In this document: positions 1-9,744 of the stretch, one piece after another
Layout: every line of letters begins with the position of its first letter
Numbering within the stretch: position 1 is the stretch's first letter
Sequence record: PQ356293.1
Strand: one strand, 5' to 3'
DNA from: Escherichia phage KKE5P
Length of the DNA stretch: 39,118 nucleotides
Made by a program: the position numbers and the translations under genes
The notes under the pieces: model-generated
Told to the model about the DNA's origin: nothing
The model's database searches: none
Seen by the model: the letters and a program-made list of their open reading frames with translations, nothing else

Positions 1-127
1 ATCCTCAAGAATCTGACGGGCCTTAGCGTGGTCACAGCAGCGGTGCCAAATCTCTTCCTCCCATGAGGCATCAAACTCAGCAGCACTCATCGCTTGGAAG
101 ACCAGCCAGTCTCCGTCCATCACGAGG
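1..127. repeat. Exact duplicate of 38992..39118 (window-end overlap from a circularised or concatemeric representation)
   Basis: Direct base-by-base comparison: window 1..127 matches 38992..39118; the repeat lies inside gene 6 coding sequence. Confidence 0.9.
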
Positions 128-189
128 ATACCTTTGTCGTCACAACCTTCGCGTAACTCGTAGAACTCCTTCAGCGTCATCAGGCTCAT
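1..189 (-). CDS. 6: Exonuclease gp6, N-terminal fragment (start codon 187..189; continues at window end)
   Basis: Minus-strand translation MSLMTLKEFYELREGCDDKGILVMDGDWLVFQ... is in frame with ORF 38278..39114 across the overlap; combined length 903 nt = 300 aa as in T7 gp6. Confidence 0.85.
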   Translation of the reverse strand, partial: MSLMTLKEFYELREGCDDKGILVMDGDWLVFQAMSAAEFDASWEEEIWHRCCDHAKARQILED

Positions 190-578
190 AGGGCCTCCTC
201 AGCTGTGCTCATGGCAACCGGAACGATATCCAGCAGCTTACGCTCAGGGTCTAAGGTTGGAGCAGCAGCGTGAACCCAAGTGGTCACAACGCGAGTCTCA
301 CGGCGTTCTTCGAGAACGTTAATCTCTTCACCGTAGGTCTCGAACCCATCGTATGCGGTCGTATAACCGTCAATGGTCAGACGCTTACCAACATACATCG
401 CCAGCACCACAGCCAGCTCGCGGTCATCGTCCATCTCATCTTCGGCTCGCTCAGCGGTAACGTCAAGGAACATCGTAGCGTCCACCATATCGTGCTTCAG
501 ACGACCACCTTCCTCGCACTCACCACATTCCATGATGTAGTGCCACAGTGACAAGTTGTCTTTCTTAGTGAGAATCAT
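186..578 (-). CDS. Hypothetical acidic protein, 130 aa (about 29 D/E vs 13 K/R); no T7 counterpart recognised
   Basis: ATG at 576..578 overlaps upstream stop as ATGA; its stop overlaps gene 6 start as ATGA; GGGGGTG SD-like upstream; sits in the gene 5.9 slot. Confidence 0.65.
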   Translation of the reverse strand: MILTKKDNLSLWHYIMECGECEEGGRLKHDMVDATMFLDVTAERAEDEMDDDRELAVVLAMYVGKRLTIDGYTTAYDGFETYGEEINVLEERRETRVVTTWVHAAAPTLDPERKLLDIVPVAMSTAEEAL

Positions 579-781
579 TCTGCACCCCCTTTAGCCACTA
601 CCAACACCTGAGTAAACTTACGGAACGTCTTAGTACCCCAATGGCTAACGCCCACCTGAACGCTCTTAGCAGTGATTCTCTCCACCTTCGTGGTCAGGAA
701 CTCAGCATACTGAGCACTGGCATACACAATTGTGTCACCAATCTCAATGGGTGTACCACAGTAATCTACAGGCTTACTCAT
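575..781 (-). CDS. Hypothetical protein, 68 aa (MSKPVDYCGTPIEIGDTIVYA...), in gene 5.9 position but not resembling T7 gp5.9
   Basis: ATG at 779..781 overlaps gp5.7 stop (ATGA); track ORF 575..835 trimmed to first ATG after the gp5.7 stop. Confidence 0.55.
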   Translation of the reverse strand: MSKPVDYCGTPIEIGDTIVYASAQYAEFLTTKVERITAKSVQVGVSHWGTKTFRKFTQVLVVAKGGAE

Positions 782-987
782 ACGCAACCTCCCATTCGTT
801 TCAGAAAGCGAACACCTTGGGACGTGATTTCCCAAGCGCCACCATTGCGCCCACTAGTGGTCAGGCACGATATGTGACCACGGGAAGCGGCCTCCGCTAC
901 GAGGCTCGCATTGTTCCGTACATAGTTGGACTGGAAAGTCTTAGGGCAACTTTTGATTGCTTGCAGCACTTTCAGGTAGTCAGACAT
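778..987 (-). CDS. 5.7: gp5.7, 69 aa
   Basis: Protein MSDYLKVLQAIKSCPKTFQSNYVRNN... recognised as T7 gp5.7; start overlaps gp5.5 stop. Confidence 0.85.
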   Translation of the reverse strand: MSDYLKVLQAIKSCPKTFQSNYVRNNASLVAEAASRGHISCLTTSGRNGGAWEITSQGVRFLKRMGGCV

Positions 988-1286
988 CAGAACACCTCCC
1001 GTACAGTTGCAGGAGAGAACTTGAAGCAGTCACCATCGGCGTACTCTTCCCTCATCTCCTTGATACCTTCACGCAGCGCCTGTTTGACTACGAACGCCAT
1101 CACGCCTTCCATACCGTTGGTCAGGAACTGCACCAGTATCTCACGCTGCTTATGGGACACACTTTCGTCCCCATCGCGAGCCATCTTAGCGATGCGCTTA
1201 ACATCTTCGAACAGAGCAGCTTCGACGTCGCTTGGCATTACAGCGGTAACGTTGAAGGACACTTTAAATTTCTTGGTCATAGCCAT
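987..1286 (-). CDS. 5.5: gp5.5 (H-NS-binding protein), 99 aa
   Basis: Starts MAMTKKFKVSF... after AAGGAG SD; track ORF 987..1343 trimmed to the ATG at 1284..1286. Confidence 0.85.
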   Translation of the reverse strand: MAMTKKFKVSFNVTAVMPSDVEAALFEDVKRIAKMARDGDESVSHKQREILVQFLTNGMEGVMAFVVKQALREGIKEMREEYADGDCFKFSPATVREVF

Positions 1287-1299
1287 AATAATTTCTCCT

Positions 1300-1605
1300 T
1301 TATTTCTTGACAAGTTTACGTTCTCTGTTTGTCTTAACAACATGGTCCCGCTTCGGTATACACTGTAGGTGCTCCACGTTGCAGCACCCTCTATTTAGGC
1401 ATAGATGGTCTATCTCGTAACCATCTGGTATAGGTCCTCGGTGTTGCTCCCACACCCATCGGTGGAACATGAAGTTCTTCTTCTCACCTTTACGAGAAGA
1501 CCCTACGCTGTACCGGAAGTATCCATCTTGGTTTCTCTTATGGGAAACGCATACGATACATCCGGTAGGCATCTTGTGAAACCGTAATGTAGCAACGCCT
1601 CCCAT
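1300..1605 (-). CDS. 5.3: gp5.3-position HNH-motif protein, about 101 aa
   Basis: GGAGGT SD then ATG at 1603..1605 just after gene 5 stop; HNH-like motif DGYEIDHLCLNRGCCNVEHL. Confidence 0.7.
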   Translation of the reverse strand: MGGVATLRFHKMPTGCIVCVSHKRNQDGYFRYSVGSSRKGEKKNFMFHRWVWEQHRGPIPDGYEIDHLCLNRGCCNVEHLQCIPKRDHVVKTNRERKLVKK

Positions 1606-1615
1606 AGTACCTCCA

Positions 1616-3730
1616 TTAATGGCATTCTTTCCAGTTGGCTCCCGTCTTACCTTCCGTGTCGAGTAAGCAGCGGAAGTTCCAATGGTCTCCAACCCAACGC
1701 ATCGCCTCCTGTGCAACTTCAATGACAGTCTTAGCGATTTCTTCTGTACGACACGCTACCTGAATTTCATCATGTATCCATGCCATGTACGCAAAGTCCC
1801 CATCCCAGCCGTGCTTCAAGCCTTTCTCTACGAGCATCTCTTCGGTCTTGATAATCCACAGTTTGCAGATAAGAGCACCAGCAGATTGCAGTAGTGTATT
1901 CAATGCAGCGTGAGGACTACGAACGTGTACCTTACGACCGTCCAGACCTTTAATCCAGCGGCGTTTCCACTTGACTCGCTGTTCGCCAGCTACCCACTGA
2001 GAGGACTCGACAAGTGTCTGTTGGATAGACTCACGGAGTGCTGCAATAGCTGGGGTGTTCTCAAGGAATTTCTTCTTGAGTTCCTTACCGCGTTCTTTAC
2101 CAGCGCCAACAATCTGTCCAATCTTCTCATCACCAGCACCATAAAGGAACCCATAGATGAACGTCTTGGCGTTATCACGGGTAGGCAATTCGGCAGCCAT
2201 CTGGTTCTTAGTGTGAATGTCACCATTAAGAATCTCGTGAGCGTACTCTCCGTCATCAAAGCGAGCCATGAAGTGGGCCAAGCAGCGTAGCTCCAGACCG
2301 GATGCGTCGATACCAGCCTGAATCCAAGGCTTACCAGTAATACCGTCTAGGTGATGTTCAGCGCCAAAAGCAGCGCGGCACTTATCACCATAAGGAGAAC
2401 GGACACCGGGCACCTGTGCGAGGTTAGGGAAAGCGTGAGTAGCGCGCCCAGTAACAGCGCCGTTGGGATTAACAGAACCATGAATTTTACCATCCTCAGC
2501 AACGTAACGAAGCCACGCCTTGTCTCCCTCAGCAGACTGTCCGATTCGCTTCTGAATCATCAGGTACTCTTTAATGAGGTCGATAGCAGCTTGCTTCTCA
2601 GGGTCATCTACACGTACTCCTTCGAGTACCTCATCGTCCACCACAGGAGCATTCTTATCGGTGAACTTAGTCGGGACCCATCCAGCCTCTTGGAGTTTCT
2701 TCTGAATGTGGTCACGAGACGATGGGTTAAACACTACGTGCTCTACCGGAGTATACGGAGCACCAGCAACGTACTCGCGGGTATCCAGTTCGCAAGGCTC
2801 TCGGCCTTCTCGCTGTGCCTTGTTCTTCGGCTTCTTAAAGATACCTCCGACTTTAGGTATCTTAACGCGAGGATACTTAGGAAGTGGTTTACCTGTCCTC
2901 GGATGGCAGAACATTTCGGTGCCACCTTTAGGCTGATACCATGTCCCGAACGTTTCGGTCAATTTACGTAGCAACTCAGAGCGGCGAGCAGCCAACTCTA
3001 CGTACAACTCTTCGATTGCTTTCGTGTCAAACGGGAATCCATTGCGCTCTTGCTTAGCGAGCAACCATGCAGCACGATGTTCAACGTCAACGGCCTCAAG
3101 GGATTCTGACCAGAACGTAGTGTAGCCTACATCCGTAAAGTCAATATCAGGATGGAAGTAGTGTTTGTCAGAGAGTAGCTTCTCAAGGAGAGCCTTAGTG
3201 ACCACAACGTCCTGAACGTTATATGCCATCATCTCTTCGTTGAAGTTCAACCACTCCATTCCGTCAACATATTCTTCACCCTGCTCTTCAAGCATACGCT
3301 TAAAGTCGTCCTTGTATTCACCCTTCATTTCTCCTAAGCGATAACCCCACGCCTCCAGAGCGTGAGACCCAAAGCGTTTCCCCGGCAGTTTACCGGAACG
3401 CAGAAGACCCATATCGGTGTCCTTTAGGTTGGAGTGAATCAGGCGTGACAGCACAAGTGTGTCAATACAGTTCTCACGAGGAAGGTGGAACTCTCGGTTC
3501 AATTGCAGCTTTGCCAGTTTGGTCAGTGCAGGAACGTCATACTTGTGACCGTTGTGGAACACAATAAGACCGCCTCGTGCAACCTCGGCTTCCAGCGCAT
3601 CCAGATACGCACCGAAGTCACTCGGACGGTAGCTTACGTACTCAGCGGTGGAGTAGTCGTAGATAACCCCGCAGTGGAACTTAGTGACGCTCTCTAAGAG
3701 GGCGTTAGCTTCGATGTCAGAAACGATCAT
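1616..3730 (-). CDS. 5: DNA polymerase gp5, 704 aa
   Basis: Full-length match from memory to T7 DNA polymerase ([32 protein letters not shown]...), same length. Confidence 0.98.
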   Translation of the reverse strand: MIVSDIEANALLESVTKFHCGVIYDYSTAEYVSYRPSDFGAYLDALEAEVARGGLIVFHNGHKYDVPALTKLAKLQLNREFHLPRENCIDTLVLSRLIHSNLKDTDMGLLRSGKLPGKRFGSHALEAWGYRLGEMKGEYKDDFKRMLEEQGEEYVDGMEWLNFNEEMMAYNVQDVVVTKALLEKLLSDKHYFHPDIDFTDVGYTTFWSESLEAVDVEHRAAWLLAKQERNGFPFDTKAIEELYVELAARRSELLRKLTETFGTWYQPKGGTEMFCHPRTGKPLPKYPRVKIPKVGGIFKKPKNKAQREGREPCELDTREYVAGAPYTPVEHVVFNPSSRDHIQKKLQEAGWVPTKFTDKNAPVVDDEVLEGVRVDDPEKQAAIDLIKEYLMIQKRIGQSAEGDKAWLRYVAEDGKIHGSVNPNGAVTGRATHAFPNLAQVPGVRSPYGDKCRAAFGAEHHLDGITGKPWIQAGIDASGLELRCLAHFMARFDDGEYAHEILNGDIHTKNQMAAELPTRDNAKTFIYGFLYGAGDEKIGQIVGAGKERGKELKKKFLENTPAIAALRESIQQTLVESSQWVAGEQRVKWKRRWIKGLDGRKVHVRSPHAALNTLLQSAGALICKLWIIKTEEMLVEKGLKHGWDGDFAYMAWIHDEIQVACRTEEIAKTVIEVAQEAMRWVGDHWNFRCLLDTEGKTGANWKECH

Positions 3731-3748
3731 ATTGATTTCTCCTATTGA

Positions 3749-4156
3749 TTATCGCGACTTAACAATCTCTTCATACGAGACAACCGTCAGTAAACCTGTG
3801 TGAATCGTGCTGGTCTTATCAGCAACGATTGCCCCTCGTGGAGTAACGCCTGTGATGTATGACACTTTTGCATATTTGCCACTCACTGAGCGGACGTAGC
3901 CATACCCACCAACAACTCCCATGTCAACCTTAACCCAATCACCGGCCTTGACGTGGGTCATAGTGTCCTTATCGAACACCTTGTGGCTCAGCTTGTTAAC
4001 TTCTGGTTTCTTCCAGCCAGTCTGTCGTGTCCAAGTCCAGCCCAAGTTCTTCAAGATGTGAACAGCGGAGCGAGTCTTAGCTTCATGGTACTTAACGTCC
4101 TCCAGTTCAGCTTCCAACTTAGCGATTTCTGCTTGGATAACTTTAGGGTCACGCAT
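3749..4156 (-). CDS. 4.7: gp4.7, 135 aa
   Basis: Starts MRDPKVIQAEIAKLEAELEDVKYHEAKTR immediately downstream of phi4.7; track ORF 3749..4240 trimmed. Confidence 0.8.
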   Translation of the reverse strand: MRDPKVIQAEIAKLEAELEDVKYHEAKTRSAVHILKNLGWTWTRQTGWKKPEVNKLSHKVFDKDTMTHVKAGDWVKVDMGVVGGYGYVRSVSGKYAKVSYITGVTPRGAIVADKTSTIHTGLLTVVSYEEIVKSR

Positions 4157-4162
4157 GATAGT

Positions 4163-4185
4163 ATCTCCTATAGTGAGTCGAATAG
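4163..4185 (-). promoter_or_regulatory. T7-RNAP promoter phi4.7 (class II, divergent -17..-13)
   Basis: Promoter-sense ctattcgactcactataggagat; core -12..+6 matches T7 consensus, 3 mismatches upstream. Confidence 0.6.
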
Positions 4186-4189
4186 TATT

Positions 4190-4245
4190 CATGAAGGCCA
4201 CCGCTTGGGCGACCTTGAGTATACCACTCTTAGCTATCACATCTT
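4190..4245 (-). promoter_or_regulatory. RNase III processing hairpin (R4.7-like)
   Basis: Imperfect inverted repeat ggccaccgcttgggcgaccttgagtataccac sharing the ggcc...gaccttgag motif of other sites in the window. Confidence 0.5.
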
Positions 4246-4500
4246 GTTGAGGATAGCCATAGCTTCATCTACGCGACCAGCTTCATGAATCGCTGTCACG
4301 GCAGCTTTGGTAAGCGCATTGACCAGACGCAGTGCTTGCTCATCTGTCAACGTCATACGCTGAGTGTGATTCTTATGGGACTTAGAGTCCTTCCAGCGGT
4401 AAACCATAGTCGCCTTGCCGTTGCGAACGTTGATGTGGACTCGACGGTTCCACTGGTCAGAGGTATCGGACAGACGGATAGTTTCAGCTACGTTAGACAT
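4237..4500 (-). CDS. 4.5: gp4.5, about 87 aa
   Basis: Starts MSNVAETIRLSDTSDQW after AGGAGA SD; track ORF 4237..4527 trimmed to ATG 4498..4500. Confidence 0.8.
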   Translation of the reverse strand: MSNVAETIRLSDTSDQWNRRVHINVRNGKATMVYRWKDSKSHKNHTQRMTLTDEQALRLVNALTKAAVTAIHEAGRVDEAMAILNKM

Positions 4501-4519
4501 AATGATTTCTCCTGTTTGA

Positions 4520-4732
4520 TTACTCAAAGAATTTGGAAAGCTGTTGAGCTTGAGTAGCTACACGGGCAGCTTCTGTAACCTTAGTGGATGCACTGTCGGC
4601 AAGTTCGTTGGAGCGAATCGCCAGAGCGCGTGACTGTGTGGCCTCTTTACGAGCCTCATCGTTCAGGCGTTTGGCTTCCACGTTGTACATACGAACCAGC
4701 AGTTGGCCTAATTTCTTAATCAGTTTGAACAT
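4520..4732 (-). CDS. 4.3: gp4.3, 70 aa
   Basis: MFKLIKKLGQLLVRMYNVEAKRLNDEARKE...; directly downstream of phi4.3. Confidence 0.8.
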   Translation of the reverse strand: MFKLIKKLGQLLVRMYNVEAKRLNDEARKEATQSRALAIRSNELADSASTKVTEAARVATQAQQLSKFFE

Positions 4733-4737
4733 TGTGT

Positions 4738-4760
4738 GTCTCCTTTAGTGAGTTGTATTA
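4738..4760 (-). promoter_or_regulatory. T7-RNAP promoter phi4.3
   Basis: Promoter-sense taatacaactcactaaaggagac. Confidence 0.8.
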
Positions 4761-4824
4761 ATTTCTGAATACGCAATAGGAGCACAGACACGAATCGTCC
4801 GGTCTGTGTCCATATGGGTTCACA

Positions 4825-6543
<1,719 letters not shown>

Positions 6544-6575
6544 TCAACATTGCGAACAAAGGGAAACCGTTGTGG

Positions 6576-6598
6576 TCTCCCTTTAGTGAGTTCAATTA
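6576..6598 (-). promoter_or_regulatory. T7-RNAP promoter phi3.8
   Basis: Promoter-sense taattgaactcactaaagggaga followed by ccacaacggtttccc leader also seen at phi10. Confidence 0.8.
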
Positions 6599-6599
6599 A

Positions 6600-7055
6600 T
6601 TATCCACGGTCAGAAGTGACCAGTTCACCCTTCTCCCACCAACGCTTAAGGTCGAACGATGGGCAAGCCTTGGGTGCGACATCGTGATGGGCTTTCAGTA
6701 CAGCGCCTTCGTACTTAGCCAGCAGTGTGACAAGCAGCGAGCGGAGGGATTGCATTTGGGCTGGCGTAAAGTTAGCGTCAAACTTACCTTTATCATCGAT
6801 ACCACCTACAAGGCAGACACCAATTGAGTTGTGGTTGTGGCCTTTAGCGTGAGAGCCTACAGCCATCTCATCTCGACCCGCCTCTACAGTGCCATCACGC
6901 TTGATGATAAAGTGATAGCCTACGTCCAACCAACCCTGCTCTTTGTGCCACTGGCGAATCTCACGTACACCTACGTTCTGGCTTGGCTTGGTTGCTGAGC
7001 AATGCACAAAGATTGCATCAGTAGATTCACGTTGTTTAAACTGTACACGAGACAT
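6600..7055 (-). CDS. 3.5: Lysozyme / N-acetylmuramoyl-L-alanine amidase gp3.5, 151 aa
   Basis: MSRVQFKQRESTDAIFVHCSATKPSQNVGVREIRQWHKEQGWLDVGYHFII... recognised as T7 lysozyme. Confidence 0.95.
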   Translation of the reverse strand: MSRVQFKQRESTDAIFVHCSATKPSQNVGVREIRQWHKEQGWLDVGYHFIIKRDGTVEAGRDEMAVGSHAKGHNHNSIGVCLVGGIDDKGKFDANFTPAQMQSLRSLLVTLLAKYEGAVLKAHHDVAPKACPSFDLKRWWEKGELVTSDRG

Positions 7056-7504
7056 TATTTATTTCCTCCTTTCCTTTTTAATCTATCAAAGGGGACCTCC
7101 TTCTTGGGTTCCTTTATCCACTCAGCAGGTATCAGTTTATCAGCGAACTTAATACCATGCTTTTCGCAGAACTCTCCATAAGACGTTGGAGAACCTTTGT
7201 ATAACTTAGTACGTGAGCTTGAGAAGACAATACGGATGTCTAGCTCGGGGTGCTGCTCTCTAATTAATAAGTGCTTCTTTCTATCATCGCTTTCCCACAG
7301 ACCCTTTGTCTCAACGAATATACCGTTGGGAAGTAAGAAGTCTGGAGTGTAAGTGTGATTGCTCGCCGGAATTACATAAGGCACTTTCCACTCTTCATAC
7401 TCGAATTTAATACCTTTTGATTCCAACTGCTTTGAAACCTTGTCCTCTAGGCCAGAGCGAAACGCTCCAACCTTTCGGATTCCTTTAGCGCCGTAACCTG
7501 CCAT
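7055..7504 (-). CDS. 3: Endonuclease I gp3, 149 aa
   Basis: MAGYGAKGIRKVGAFRSGLEDKVSKQLESKGIKFEYEEWKV...; track ORF 7055..7552 trimmed to ATG 7502..7504. Confidence 0.9.
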   Translation of the reverse strand: MAGYGAKGIRKVGAFRSGLEDKVSKQLESKGIKFEYEEWKVPYVIPASNHTYTPDFLLPNGIFVETKGLWESDDRKKHLLIREQHPELDIRIVFSSSRTKLYKGSPTSYGEFCEKHGIKFADKLIPAEWIKEPKKEVPFDRLKRKGGNK

Positions 7505-7904
7505 GTCGCCTCCCTTTGCGTATATCACAAATAGTCTGTTGGGAGACACCATAGGTGCGAGCTAAGGATACATTGGACTCGCTGGACTCCATGATTGCCA
7601 TTACGTCTTCGTCTGAAAGTTTATACCCCTTGTGTGAGCGACCCTTATTTACCATGTCGGCGGAGTTCTCTTTTGGAGTTCCTATGGATAGGTGTTCAGG
7701 GTTACAACATAATGGATTATCACAGGAGTGCAGGACGGTAGAACCTTTCGGAGCATTAGACATTACACGATGGCAGTAGACAACCTTTCCGGTATTGCTA
7801 CACCACACCTGCCCGTAACCTTTAGAGTTCTTCGCACCCTGCCACTCCCAACATCCAGCGGAAGTCACCCTGACTCTCTCAAGGATTTTCTCCCGCAGTT
7901 CCAC
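7485..7904 (-). CDS. 2.8: gp2.8, HNH-motif protein, 139 aa (apparent GTG start)
   Basis: First codon at 7902..7904 is GTG on the coding strand, GGAGA about 8 nt upstream; motif CHRVMSNAPKGSTVLHSCDNPLCCNPEHL. Confidence 0.75.
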   Translation of the reverse strand: MELREKILERVRVTSAGCWEWQGAKNSKGYGQVWCSNTGKVVYCHRVMSNAPKGSTVLHSCDNPLCCNPEHLSIGTPKENSADMVNKGRSHKGYKLSDEDVMAIMESSESNVSLARTYGVSQQTICDIRKGRRHGRLRR

Positions 7905-8606
7905 TTAGAAGTCTCCGTCTTCGTCTTCTTCTTCGTAGGACTCACTGTCGTCTTCGTCCCAGCTTTCTTCGTCGCGTGGTTTGCTCGCTTTGGCAGAACC
8001 AGAGGCAACATAGCCGCTCTCTTCAACTTCGTCAGCCCAATCGTCTTCACCACCACCAAAGGTAGCCAGTTCGACCAGCATTACGGATTCCAGTTGCAGC
8101 TTAACGCTTGCACCTACAGCGGTGTTCCACTTGTACGGAACCAGAGAGTACTTGACTTTCAGCTTAGAGCCGCCACCGATAATCGGAACGTCTTCAATCT
8201 TCTTACCTTTGGAGTCCACCACAACCAGATTGATGTGCTTGGTCTCTTTGGTCTTCTTGTCTTGGAAGGAAGCATAGCACTTGAACTTAAAGGTAGTCGT
8301 ACCGTCACCGTTATCGAAGAACGGCATGTCGCCTTCATACGGTTTCAGCGGTTTCTTACCACGAGCTACAGCAGGCGGGTTAGCTTCGTACTCCTCAACG
8401 GCAGCAGCATAAGCCTCTTCGTGACACTTCACGATTTCATCGACCATACGCTGGCAGCGCGGGTCTTTGTTGGGAATAGTCAGGTCAACTTTGTAGACAC
8501 CACGAGGGTTCCCGAAGCCACGCTCTTCGTTACCGTAGTCCGGCTTAGCGATGTAAGCGTAAGGTTCAGCAATACCCAGCGCAGAGGTGAAAATCTTCTT
8601 AGCCAT
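7905..8606 (-). CDS. 2.5: ssDNA-binding protein gp2.5, 233 aa
   Basis: MAKKIFTSALGIAEPYAYIAKPDYGNEERGFGNPRGVYKVDLTIPNKDP... with acidic C-terminal tail ending DGDF. Confidence 0.95.
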   Translation of the reverse strand: MAKKIFTSALGIAEPYAYIAKPDYGNEERGFGNPRGVYKVDLTIPNKDPRCQRMVDEIVKCHEEAYAAAVEEYEANPPAVARGKKPLKPYEGDMPFFDNGDGTTTFKFKCYASFQDKKTKETKHINLVVVDSKGKKIEDVPIIGGGSKLKVKYSLVPYKWNTAVGASVKLQLESVMLVELATFGGGEDDWADEVEESGYVASGSAKASKPRDEESWDEDDSESYEEEDEDGDF

Positions 8607-8656
8607 AATGTTAATCTCCTTTAGGTTTCGTTTGGTTTCTCAAAAGGGAGTCTTCC

Positions 8657-8676
8657 CTCCCTAATAGTGAGTCGTA

Positions 8677-8679
<3 letters not shown>
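8657..8679 (-). promoter_or_regulatory. T7-RNAP promoter phi2.5
   Basis: Promoter-sense taatacgactcactattagggag (T at -1 as in T7 phi2.5). Confidence 0.8.
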
Positions 8680-8984
<305 letters not shown>

Positions 8985-8995
<11 letters not shown>

Positions 8996-9302
8996 AGCAC
9001 TTGTCCTTATGTTTCTCGTACAGTTCGCCATAGAACCCAGCCTTCGCCATGTCCTTCTCTAAGTAAGCCAGTTCGGATTTCTTACCAGCCCGTAGGCGAT
9101 ACTTTAAGATGTTCCCAAAGCAATACCCCTTGAACTGCTCACGGGTCATCGAACGGGCAATCACTTCGATAGCCTCAATGTCGTCGAACAGGATGTAGTG
9201 GCTTGGAGTACGGACACCAGCTATATCTTGTGGTTTGTTGACTACAGGCTCACAGGTGTGTGGGTATCTGCCGTCATTCTCTAAACACGCCATGCAGACC
9301 AT
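8985..9302 (-). CDS. 1.7: gp1.7-like protein, shortened (105 aa vs about 196 aa in T7)
   Basis: N-terminal CxxC and C-terminal SHYILFDDIEAIEVIARSMTREQFKGYCFGNILKYRLRAGKKSELAYLEKD match T7 gp1.7 ends; middle region missing. Confidence 0.7.
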
Positions 9303-9562
9303 CAGAACACCTCCTTGATTCGTTTGAGTAACAGACGGACGAACGGGAAGTGGGTCACTTCCACGCTAAGAACCGGACGTTTCTTGTCTATTGCTTTCTC
9401 GAAGTCACCACGAGTGATGATGATGTGTACGCTCGGTGACAAAAGAACTGTGTCACCAATAAGAGGTAACTTAGCTCGGCGTTCGCTCGCACACACGATT
9501 GAACGGTCAGCACGGCGAACCGTGAAATTCTTAAGACTTTTGTTGAAATGCAGTCGAAACAT
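9302..9562 (-). CDS. 1.6: gp1.6, 86 aa
   Basis: [39 protein letters not shown]...; directly downstream of phi1.6. Confidence 0.8.
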   Translation of the reverse strand: MFRLHFNKSLKNFTVRRADRSIVCASERRAKLPLIGDTVLLSPSVHIIITRGDFEKAIDKKRPVLSVEVTHFPFVRLLLKRIKEVF

Positions 9563-9567
9563 ATAGT

Positions 9568-9590
9568 GTCTCCTTTAGTGAGTCGTATTA
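9568..9590 (-). promoter_or_regulatory. T7-RNAP promoter phi1.6
   Basis: Promoter-sense taatacgactcactaaaggagac. Confidence 0.85.
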
Positions 9591-9677
9591 AGCGTGACCA
9601 TCTGGCATATCATCATCGCTATAATGGAGCGCAAGGCATCCGACGATGATGATTAGTAGTGGCATTAAGTACATCAT
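9588..9677 (-). CDS. 1.5: gp1.5, 29 aa
   Basis: Hand translation MMYLMPLLIIIVGCLALHYSDDDMPDGHA between phi1.5 and phi1.6. Confidence 0.55.
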   Translation of the reverse strand: MMYLMPLLIIIVGCLALHYSDDDMPDGHA

Positions 9678-9684
9678 AAGGTGT

Positions 9685-9707
9685 ATCTCCTATAGTGAGT
9701 CGTATTA
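9685..9707 (-). promoter_or_regulatory. T7-RNAP promoter phi1.5
   Basis: Promoter-sense taatacgactcactataggagat. Confidence 0.85.
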
Positions 9708-9708
9708 A

Positions 9709-9737
9709 ACGCAGAAAGGCCCACCTTTCGGTGAGCC
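9709..9737 (-). terminator. Early terminator TE for host RNA polymerase
   Basis: Phage-sense hairpin ggcucaccgaaaggugggcc followed by uuucugcg, immediately after ligase stop. Confidence 0.7.
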
Positions 9738-9744
9738 AGTGTGA

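Noticed and set aside
7728-8624. Long plus-strand ORF (298 aa); also the other plus-strand ORFs in the track such as 730..1368, 2351..2971, 14191..14646, 33456..34034, 34884..35384
   Set aside because: All lie antisense to well-supported minus-strand phage genes, have low-complexity translations, and lack promoters or RBS; antisense shadows in a genome transcribed entirely from one strand
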